Positions 21,123-30,675 of a stretch of 30,675 nucleotides of DNA are shown here, in pieces; position 1 is the first letter of the stretch; each line of letters starts with the position of its first letter. The stretch spans positions 868,001 through 898,675 of the forward strand of contig JAXLNO010000438.1 in assembly GCA_038087875.1 (NCBI GenBank), given 5' to 3'. The DNA comes from Malacoraja senta. Taxonomy: Eukaryota. The notes beneath the pieces were generated by a model. The model was not told where the DNA came from, made no database searches, and saw only the letters and a program-made list of their open reading frames with translations. The position numbers and the translations under genes are program-made.

Positions 21123-23027
21123 CAGTTATGCAGAGAAACTCCAAAAGCAGGGGGTTGCTCTCCTTAGAACTGAGAAGATCGAGGTCAGATCAGATCAAAA
21201 TGAATGGTTTTGGTAGAATAACAACAATGACAGTACTTTCATTCTGTTGAGCACTAAGGTCACGGATTTAATGTAATTAACACAAAAAGCAAAGTGTGGA
21301 AAAGAATTTTACAAAATTGCACAATGAGCATTATGATTTTGAAAGTACTGTTAAAAAGCTTGTGCCAGTAAATTCAGTAACACCATTCAAAAGCTGTAAC
21401 CTCATACCAAAGAGGTTGCAACTCAATAATAAATATCAAGAAATAGTGGTTTATTTACAAAGGCTACACACTCAAACAATGTGCACGATAATGTTGATAA
21501 TCTGGCACCTTAGTCATTGGTGGTGCCAACCATCTGATTTTCTAGACTATTGGATGTCATTCCTTTTATCTTGGCAGGATTTAATTTCAATTTTTTAACG
21601 TAATACATTGAGTGTAAAACATTTCCAGTCAACGTAAGAGTTTAAAGACAGCGGTAAACAGAGCCTGGTGAGTTTCAACTTGTAAATTCAGTATACCAAC
21701 ATTCCAAACATGGCATGCACTCCAGAACATGGTTTAAGCTACAGATTTTCCCATGTTCCTGACTCCCATTGTTACCCATCCCAAGAATGGAATTAGCCAC
21801 ACACCCGGCACAGTACACATGGATAAAAAGATCCTATTGAGTGACCCAGAGGCTGAATTATCAGAGTTTTACTACACATGTCGAGTCCTCCAGCTTCTGA
21901 GCAAGAAATGTCTGATTATCTACAGCCAAATCCCTCACATGTTTATTAGCTGATCAGATATTGCACACCCATATATGGGAACACACTGCTTTTGGTCACA
22001 ATATAACCATACATGGAAATGCCCTTCAAAAAGAAAGTGCAGATATACTTGGAGAGGGGAATATTTGCAGATCAATGGGGTACATTTGAGAGCATTAACA
22101 AAAACTCAGTTCAGACAAATGTGCATCAAATACTCACATTCTACACTGTTTTACCATGAATCTAGGACTACAAAAGATTTAATTGTAAGAAATTATAAGA
22201 AGCAATATTTTCCCTTAGCTCTGTGATACAATAAACCATGGCGAAACTTAATGGTTGCATTATTCGTGAAACTGTAAGTATTTATAATCTTTATATCTTG
22301 AAAATAACATAAACCTTTAGTGTATGTAGATGCACAATAAAATGTTGTTGGCAGTGATTCCCTGTTTTTCCACAGTGCGCACTGTTTTGTAATTTTCTTC
22401 AGGATAAGTTTGAGAAAGTGGTGATCTGTAAAGAATTTCTGGTATTTTTGAACTAATCTCATTGTAAAATTTTCTAGAAAGGTTACACGTTGCATGTGCT
22501 GTGACCAGCATTTTAACAGTGTGCTAAGCTATGATTACTGTTTGGCAACCTCTGTGCCTGAAAAAAAAGAATTTTACATGTTTGCAATGTTATTCCATCA
22601 TGAAATAAAACAGAAAACATTGGAAATATTCAAAAGATTATGCAGCATGTGTGAAGAGAAAAGGAGAGTTTCATCAGAGCAGTTCTGACGAGGTGGAATG
22701 AGTTAAATTCAAATCAGATAAAAAAAGAAATATAAAGAAAGATATTTGATTTTTTTTTAAACAAAGGAAAACAGACATAAAACATAAATAATTTGTTATT
22801 TTAAAAGTCTAAGGTTATTCCATGCAGGAATAGGATTGAACAGTTAAAATATGTCCCCTTTCTGGGGTAAAGGGTTTCATTGGTCTTTTGTCAGTCTGTT
22901 TTTCAGCCCTATTTTTCTAAGCTTTTGTAAGCTGTTTTTCAGCCTTGATTAGAAACAATGGGATGTGTAGATTGATTATGCATGTTATCAAATCATATAT
23001 AAGTTAGCATCACTAACCCCACCCCAC

Positions 23028-23682
23028 TGTAACGTTTATACTAACTCTTGCTTCCGGCACTGCTCAGTTCGAGCAGCAGTTAGGATGCTCTGACAAATAA
23101 CCATCCTTTATGCTGTTAAAGTCTCTGTGCTGATTAAAGATGACTTTGGATCAAACAGTGTATTTGTCTCCTGTTTACATGGTGTCAGAAGTTGGATGGT
23201 GGGGGCGCTTAATGGCAGTGTTCAGGTCTTTCGGGTTGATGCACAGACGGATTTCATTTTTGTCCTTCTTGAAGGTGGCAACCATGGTTGAGACCCAGTC
23301 GGTGGGGTCGCTGACTGCCTCAAACATGCCCAGGGAGGCCAAGTTCTTCAGCTCAAGTTGAACCCTGTCTTTCATGGCAAGTGTGGGGCTCGGACGACAG
23401 ATGGTACATTGGGGTCAGTAGAAATCTGGTAGGTCACAGGCAGCTTGCCTAGATTGTTATCGAACAAATCAGGGTATTCTTTTAGCGGGTCCATCGACAT
23501 CTGCAGCTTATGGACCGTTTTATCAAAGGAAATCAGCTTTATACTAACACTTGCTTCCAGCACTGCTCAGTTCGAGCAGCAGTTAGGATGCTCTGACAAG
23601 TAACCATCCTTTATGCTGTTAAAGTCTCTGTGCTGATTAAAGATGACTTTGGATCAAACAGTGTATTTGTCTCCTGTTTACA
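23028..23682 (+). mobile_element. Miniature Gypsy-type LTR element: LTR, PBS, inverted RT fragment, LTR
   Basis: LTR1 23028-23179 (TGTAA...TTACA). PBS-like TGGTGTCAGAAGT at 23180-23192. LTR2 23538-23682 differs by 3 substitutions and lacks the first 7 nt. Minus-strand Gypsy RT peptide EYPDLFD...PTDWVS...IRLCINPKDLNTAIKR. Confidence 0.85.
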
Positions 23683-24084
23683 GGATGATTAAGGGAACGT
23701 TTTCATTTGCATTGCCAAATTGTGGAGTGCTGAAATTAAGCTGTAAATTCTGGAGATGTACAACTCATCCAGTGTTTCCATCCCTTGAATTTTCTGGTGA
23801 ATGTGCATACAAGTAGGTTGAGTGATAGTAACATGGTGTTACTTTTTTCATCAAGTTTCCTCACATTATTTCATACTATAGACCCAGAATGCCTTGTGAC
23901 ATATGGATTCCTTATGTTTATCTTAAAGGGCAATTTCTGCTGAGGCAATCAATAAATATGGATAGAATTATGTAGTTGTTGCCTTTGGAAGAAGCTCAGA
24001 TGGAAACTCTAAATTTCATGATCTAAATATAGTTCATCTTACAGAAATTGTCAGTATCATCCAAGTTGTCTGTAGATTATAGAA

Positions 24085-24270
24085 ACAATGAACTGCACAT
24101 GCTGGTTTATACCAAAGATACCAAAGATAGATAAAAAGTGCTGGAATAACCAAGTGGGTCCGGCAGCATCTCTGGAGAGAAAAGGATGGGTAACATTACG
24201 GGTCAGGAGGGACCCTCCCGATCCATAACATCACTCATCCATAACATCTCCAGAAATGTTGTTTGACCGG
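24085..24270. repeat. Degenerate copy of the palindromic repeat family
   Basis: gaactgcacatgctggttta...aagtgctgga...ggcagcatctctggaga...ctccagaaatgttg, matching 18760-18960. Confidence 0.7.
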
Positions 24271-24659
24271 CTATCTTTAGCTGTAGATTGATTCTCTTTA
24301 CCCTGGAGTGCCTCAGTAGGAACTGGAGATCCTATGCAAGCTAATGGGGAACATTTATTTTGACTTTAATTTGACTAATGATCCCGTATGAGATCATATT
24401 TACTCTGAATGTGGTGATCGGATGCCTTTTTATTTCCTGGTTAGGTGAACAACCTTCCTACCTGCAGTATTGGTTGGGAAATATTTGAACGTTTTGACTA
24501 GAAAAAGCATTTATTGCTAATTTCTTCCTTTGACCCCGATATTCAGCTAGTAAGTTACAAATAATCCTTCAAGTTCATTTTAGCTTTGTAATAGTTTAAA
24601 TTCAGGGAATTTCAGGTACATTTGGTGGTGGTTTCTAAAACTCTCTCAGTCAGAATTGA

Positions 24660-24842
24660 TAATAATAATAATAATAGATTTTATTTATATAGCGCTTTTC
24701 AGGACTCAAAGTCGCTTTACATTGAGAGTCAGGAATAAACAAAATAAAATAGAGCAGTAAGACAGAGGGGAGGGGAACATGGGACTAAGGGTATGCAGAG
24801 GTGAAGAGATGGGTCTTGAGGCGGGACTGGAAGATGGTGAGG
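24660..24842 (-). mobile_element. L2-clade LINE 3' end with (ATT)n tail
   Basis: The minus strand ends gtaaagcgactttgagtcctgaaaagcgctatataaataaaatctattattattatt, the typical L2 3' stem-loop and tail. Confidence 0.75.
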
Positions 24843-25415
24843 GCAATGTCAAACTTTTCCAATGTCCAACTTTCTATTGCCATTACTGCACAGGCAGGGA
24901 GGAGTGGAACTTACACAAACGATAAAGAAAACGGACCCTCTAGTCGTTATTTCCAGTTTAATTGAATCTTTATTGAAGTAGCTGTACCAAATAAAGAGAT
25001 GATTCACACCAGGTATTCTTTATTCTCATACAAGCTGTATCTTTCCGTTCTCTCTCTCTCTACTGGTAAAAACTGTATCCTCTCTCCTATGTCCGCTCCA
25101 GTCTGATCTTGCCACTCCCTGTGACTACGCTAAATGTAACGTCCTACAAAGCATCAAGAGCCCACCCCCCAAGCGTTCAAAATAATTCTGCAGGAAATAT
25201 CTAAACAAAACAATAAAATATGCTAACAGTAACTAGCCAAAGCATGAATGGCTCCGACACACTGGCCCCTAATTTTTCTATGTATATAACGAAACAATTA
25301 CCAATAAACATTAAAAGGAGCAATAAAATAAAAAAAACAAAAGGTATGCACTGAATGTTGGGATTCAAACTTCTTTACTGATTCTTCAATCTTCTTCTTT
25401 GGCTTCTTGTTCAGT

Positions 25416-26330
25416 GTGAAGTATTTCAGGATGATCTTGTTTGCACACGTCACAAGTCATACGACTCTTGCAGTCTCTACTCATGTGTCCTTTCTTCAAA
25501 CATCCAAAGCAGAACTCACTTCTCCTTTAAGAAATCCATCTTTTCTTTATGCCCCTTCTGCTTGATCAGTAGACACCGCTCCAATGTGTGACCACTCCTT
25601 CTTGATCTCTTGGCCTCAAATATATTGATCCTTGCTTTGGCTACTGCCATCTCTGTCTCTAGTTCCAACTGTTCCATCTCTCTTTTAAAATATTTATCTT
25701 GTGCCTCAAGTTCATGCTCAAGCTTGGCATTGGTTGCTGCCAACGCAGTCTCTCTTTTCCATTACTCATTTTGTGCCTCAAGCTTGTGCTTTTTCTTCAT
25801 GGCGACAGCCTGTTCCAAGAGAACAGCCCTATCTGCCTAAACTTCACTACGAGCAGAGACCCTTGAAGATACACATGATGCAGAACCAGATTTGTGGCTT
25901 GATCGTCGTCTTGAGACATTTGAAATACTGTCTTCAGGTAAAATTTCTGATTCTACAACACTCTATTGTAAGGCACCATCAACTATAGAGTGTGTAGTTT
26001 GCTGTCCAACTTCAGATACCCACCTCTCCACATCTTGTATAAAACCGTTAAAAGATTCCATTCTTTCTTGAAACCACTGATTCTGCTTTTCAAGCTCCCT
26101 TTCAGGCAGTGGTACTTTGGCCAATGATTCGTGGTTTTCTCTGACTTCATTGCAGAGCTTGATCAATTGAACCAGGTTAGATTGTACTTCCTTAGCATTT
26201 TCATCTTATTTCACGAGTTCCTTCAGCTTTTCAATTAACTTGTCATTGTTTACATAACGTGTTTTTTTTTACCTTGTATCTTTCCATTTGCTGGTGAGTT
26301 TAATGGTTCTTCTTTCTTTTCCAGAATCCT
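25416..26330 (-). pseudogene. BEL/Pao gag remnant with Cys/His knuckles
   Basis: Manual translation of 25511-25416: CFGCLKKGHMSRDCKSRMTCDVCKQDHPEILH (CX2CX4HX4C plus CX2CX3HX4H). Coiled-coil ORFs at 25516-25743 and 25963-26166. Confidence 0.8.
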
Positions 26331-26514
26331 GTTCCACATCGTCCTCTTGTGGCTGAGCTATAGACATACTGGCTCACTATCGCTTTAAGACGTGTTGACG
26401 TAATGACGTGTTGCCGTATGCTTCAAGACTGGAATTCAAAACAATCTGAGCGGGAATTCTAAACATCAGATAGCGTTGAGATTCTCAAGGTCACTTCTCA
26501 TGTCTCCATAGTAA

Positions 26515-26690
26515 TAGCCGTTACCATACAGCTTCTTAGCTTTTCCAATACAGCTTAATGCAGCCTTCCAGTAAAGCTTCTTGCAGCCGTTCCAATACAG
26601 CTTAATGCAGTAGCCGTTCCAATACAGCTTAATGCAGTAGCTGTTCCAATACAGCTTAATGCAGTAGCTGTTCCATTAAAGCTTAATGCT
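26515..26690. repeat. 27-bp tandem repeat in the BEL 5' leader
   Basis: gttccaatacagcttaatgcagtagc(c/t) at 26589, 26616, 26643 and 26670, plus degenerate upstream units. Confidence 0.9.
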
Positions 26691-27265
26691 GTTCATTTAC
26701 TTACTCTGTCCCTGGGCGTTGGGTTCCAAAGTTTCAAATCGTCATTCTTCAGATAGCACAGGAGTCAACCTTGTCGAGTTGATGGCATCAGGCAGATCCT
26801 TTGTTCCCAGGCTTTCACAAGCTCCAATTTCACTCATAGAGATCAGTTTTTTACTTTAAAGTAATGGCAATTTCAAACTTTTCCAATGTCCAACTTTACA
26901 TTGCCATTACTACACAGGCAGGGAGGAGTGGAACTTAGGCAGATGATAAAGAAAATGGATCCTCCAGTCGTTATTTCCAGTTTAATTGATTCTTTATAGA
27001 AGTAGTTGAACAAACAAGGAGATGATTCATACCAGATATTCCTTATTCTCATACAAGCTGTAACTTTCCGTTCTCTCTCTTCTGGTAAAAACTGTATTCT
27101 CTCTCCCATGTCCGCTCCAGTCTGATCTAGCCAATCCCTGTGACTTTGTTGGATATAACGTCCAACAAAGCATCAAGAGCACGCCCTCCAAGCGTTCAAA
27201 ATAATTCTGCAAGAAATATCTAGATAAAACAATAAACTAGCCTAAGCATGAATGGCTCCTACATA

Positions 27266-28881
27266 CAGTGGCTTGCAAAAGTATTCATACCCCTTGAACT
27301 TTTCCACATTTTGTCACGTTACAACCACAAACGTAAATGTATTTTATTGGGATTTTATGTGATAGACCAACACAAAGTGGTGCATAATTGTGAAGTGGAA
27401 GGAAAATGATACATGGTTTTCAAATTTTTTTACAAATAAAAAACTGAAAAGTGTCGCGTGCAAAAGTATTCAGCCCCCTTTACTCTGATACCCCTAAATA
27501 AAATCCAGTGCAACCAATTGCCTTCAGAAGTCACCTAATTAGTAAATAGAGTCCACTTGTGTGTAATCTAATCTCAGTATAAATACAGCTGTTCTGTGAA
27601 GGCCTCAAAGGTTTGTTAGAGAACATTAGTGAACAAACAGCATCATGAAGCCCAAGGAACACACCAGACAGGTCAGGGATAAAGTTGTGGAGAAGTTTAA
27701 AGCAGGGTTAGGTTATAAACAAATATCCCAAGCTTTGAACATCTCACGGAGCACTGTTCAATCCATCATCCGAAAATGGAAAGAGTATGGCACAACTGCA
27801 AACCTACCAAGACATGGCCGTCCACCTAAACTGACAGGCCGGGCAAGGAGAGCATTGATCAGAGAAGCAGCCAAGAGGCCCATGGTAACTCTGGAGGAGC
27901 TGCAGAGATCCACAGCTCAGGTGGGAGAATCTGTCCACAGGACAACTATTAGTCGTGCACTCCACAAATCGGGCCTTTATGGAAGAGTGGCAAGAAGAAA
28001 GCCATTGTTGAAAAAAAGCCATAAGAAGTCCCGTTTGCAGTTTGCCACAAGCCATGTGGGGGACACAGCAAACATGTGGAGGAAGGTGCTCTGGTCAGAT
28101 GAGACCAAAATTGAAGTTTTTGGCCTAAATGCAAAACGCTATGTGTGGCGGAAACCTAACACTGCACATCACTCTGAACCCACCATCCCCACTGTGAAAC
28201 ATGGTGGTGGCAGCATCATGCTGTGGGGATGCTTTTCTTCAGCAGGGACAGGGAAGCTGGTCAGAGTTGATGGGAAGATGGATGGAGCCAAATACAGGGC
28301 AATCTTGGAAGAAAACCTGTTAGAGTCTGTAAAAGACGTGTGACTGGGGCTGAGGTTCACCTTCCAGCAGGACAACGACCCTAAACATACAGCCAGAGCT
28401 ACAATGGAATGGTTTAGATCAAAGCATATTCATGTGTTAGAATGGCCCAGTCAAAGTCCAGACCTAAATCCAATTGAGAATCTCTGGCAAGACTTGAAAA
28501 TTGCTATTCACAGACGCTCTCCATCCAATCTGACTGAGCTTGAGCTATTTTGCAAAGAAGAATGGGCAAAAATTCAGTCTCTAGATGTGCAAAGCTGGTA
28601 GAGACATACCCCAAAAGATTTGCAGCTGTAATTGCAGCGAAAGGCGGTTCTACAAAGTATTGACTCAGGGGGGCTGAATACTTTTTCACGCGACACTTTT
28701 CAGTTTTTTATTTGTAAAAAAATTTGAAAACCATGTATCATTTTCCTTCCACTTCACAATTATGCGCCACTTTGTGTTGGTCTATCACATAAAATCCCAA
28801 TAAAATACATTTACGTTTGTGGTTGTAACGTGACAAAATGTGGAAAAGTTCAAGGGGTATGAATACTTTTGCAAGCCACTG
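27266..28881 (+). mobile_element. Tc1 DNA transposon, IR/DR type (Passport-like), full length
   Basis: About 213-bp TIRs starting CAGTGGCTTGCAAAAGTATTCA. Inner and outer direct repeats gcaaaagtattca. TA on both flanks (27264-27265, 28882-28883). Confidence 0.97.
27645..28663 (+). pseudogene. Tc1 DD34E transposase with one premature stop and one late frameshift
   Basis: GRPPK, WSDETK, QDNDPKH and [11 protein letters not shown] (34-residue D-E spacing). TGA at 28341-28343, 1-nt deletion near 28572, native end ...KGGSTKY* at 28663. Confidence 0.95.
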
Positions 28882-29857
28882 TATATCATTGGAATTAAGT
28901 AAATAGCCATTTTGTAGCTTTTTCTGTGTTTTTCATGTCTTTCAGGACTTTAATGTCCTGTATTTCACAGAACTAGTAAGAAGTGATTGTTTTTTCACAT
29001 GTGGCAAACACTGTTGCCAATGTTGCCATTTGTATATGAAAGTTTTTGAAACTTCTTTCTTCATCGATTATTCCTTTCAGTGGAGGGATTCATTTACAGC
29101 TTGATGTACATGTAGAAAGTAAGGGTTTGTAAAATCTAAGATGTATCTTACTGCATTTAATATGCATGCAAAGTAGACTATTAAACGATTAAATAAATGG
29201 AATTTTGAATCAGTACAGTCTTTTGCAGATGTATAACCCAGTTAAGGAATATTCAAAAATGAAAGCAGAAAATGCTGAAAATAGTAAGTCAGAGAACGAT
29301 TGAAATTACCTTTTAATATTCAAGGTGGCAGTTTGTTACATTTTCAAATTGTGAGTCAACTCATTTGAATACTGGAATTGGCATCAATCCTGGAGTATTT
29401 TGGAGTCTTCAAAAATTAAAAAATTAATCCCCTAAATACCTCGTGAGGAACTAGTTTTCCATTTACTAAAATGTGTTTAGTTTATTTGAGCACTTCTTAG
29501 AAACTTCAGTCCCAATCCAAGGTGTTGTAAAGTAGCGATAACAGGTTATACTTAGCATTCAATTGTAATTCATTTTCCAAGCACTGCAATGGAACAGACT
29601 TTTGGAGAACTGTAATGTGCTACTACTACTCTATAGTTGTTTGGTGCTCCTGACTGGGAATGCATTAACTTTCCATTCTCTTTGAGCATGTTTGTTAATT
29701 ATGAAACTTTGGAAATTAGATTAAAGTTGGCAATGAAAAAAATGGCGAATGTGTCATGGTAGTGGCTGGGAGTGGAGGGCATGCAGAGGTGAACAGAACT
29801 CAAATTCCTCACCAGTATGAATGCATTGCTAACATATATAATTTCACTCTTTACAAA

Positions 29858-30527
29858 GAGTCATACAGCACAGACAAAAGGTCCTTCGGCCCAACTTGCA
29901 CTCGCCAACCAAGACGCCCCATCTACACTTGCCCGCATTTGGCCCATATCCCTCAAAACTTTTCTTATCCATGTACCTGTTCAAATGTCTTTTAAATACT
30001 ATTATAGTTTCTGCCTCAACTACCTCCTCCAGCAGCTCATTCCATATACCCATGATCCTCAGTGCGAAAAGTTGCCCCTCAGATTCCTAGTAAATCTTTC
30101 GCCCAACACCTTAATCCTATGTCCTCTGGTTCCTGATTCCCCTAGATAGACACAAAATGCTGGGGTAACTCAGCAGGACAGGCAGCATCTATGGAGAGAA
30201 GGATTGGGTGACGTTTTGGGTCGAGACCCTTCTTCAGAATCTCCTATTCTGGGTATATGACAGCATTTAACCTATCTATTCCATTCATGATTTTAAACAT
30301 CTCTATAAGATTACTTCTCATCTTCCTTTGCTCCAAGGACAACAGTCCTAGCCTCTCTGTCCCCTCCCTATAGCTCAGGCCCTCATGTTCTGGTACCATC
30401 CTCGTAAATCTTCTCTGTGCTCTTTGCAGAATAGCAACATCTTTCCTATAACAGGGTGACCAAAACTGAGCACAATACATCCCAACTTCAATACTCAAAA
30501 CCCTGATGGATGAAGGCCAATGTGCCA
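29858..30527 (-). mobile_element. Degenerate CR1 3' fragment, interrupted at about 30144-30240
   Basis: YCAQFWSPCYRKDV...QRRFTRMVP, WNELLEEVVEA and a CR1-type 3'UTR. Confidence 0.85.
30144..30238 (-). repeat. Single-arm copy of the palindromic repeat with a hammerhead-like core
   Basis: gacacaaaatgctgg..taactcagc...ggcagcatct...gggtcgagacccttcttcaga. The minus strand reads CTGAAGA-A-GGGTC-TC-GACCC-AAAAC-GTC. Confidence 0.75.
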
Positions 30528-30675
30528 TTTGTATTGATTGTAATGGCTACTTTCTTACTGGTATGCCATCTCAGGATATACCAACATACTTTCATCTCTG
30601 AACTCATGTGATGAAATCCCCAGTAAGTATATCCCGATTTGGTAACCATCAAACGCTAGTAAAAATTGTCATCTG

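Larger units (their letters stand above)
18290..21330 (+). mobile_element. Ancient degenerate CR1 (fragments at about 18290-18750, 18975-19044 and 21123-21330) hosting younger insertions
   Basis: Decayed CR1-like sequence (aatgtaat...ctctgtttaaaaag; ccagttag; gactaattt). After removing the insert it reads gatttcagttatgcagagaaact...ctccttagaactgagaagat. Confidence 0.5.
24843..27263 (-). mobile_element. Internally deleted BEL/Pao LTR retrotransposon (gag only)
   Basis: Diverged ~400-bp LTRs at 24843-25259 and about 26861-27263, both starting TGT on the minus strand. Purine-rich aggggccagtg before the 3' LTR. gag fragments present but no pol. Confidence 0.85.

Noticed and set aside
21330..23020. 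Short ORFs in AT-rich sequence
   Set aside because: No recognisable domains or convincing splice pairs; lengths are compatible with chance.

Overview
Vertebrate genomic DNA dominated by transposable elements. The repeat families suggest a cartilaginous fish such as a skate or ray (inferred, not verified). The left end holds a CpG-rich promoter and a probable minus-strand first coding exon (MGNTTSS..., N-myristoylation motif); the gene runs off the window. The rest is a nested TE landscape. (1) A structurally complete but mutated DIRS1-type tyrosine-recombinase retrotransposon (gag, RT/RNaseH, Dam-like methyltransferase, YR, ITRs and ICR) is integrated at an ATT core inside a CR1 LINE. (2) Three head-to-tail non-autonomous Helitron-like units carry minisatellites and have been hit by an L1 (open 832-aa RT ORF with YADD changed to YAGD, 14-bp TSD), a second CR1 and a short retroposon. 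(3) Further elements are more CR1 copies, a mini Gypsy LTR element with an inverted RT fragment, an L2 tail, a gag-only BEL/Pao element, a Passport-like IR/DR Tc1 transposon, and palindromic repeats with degenerate hammerhead-ribozyme cores. There are no prokaryotic systems or CRISPR arrays. The most interesting leads are the putative -1 frameshift and splice signals in the DIRS element, the Helitron train, and the hammerhead-like palindromes.
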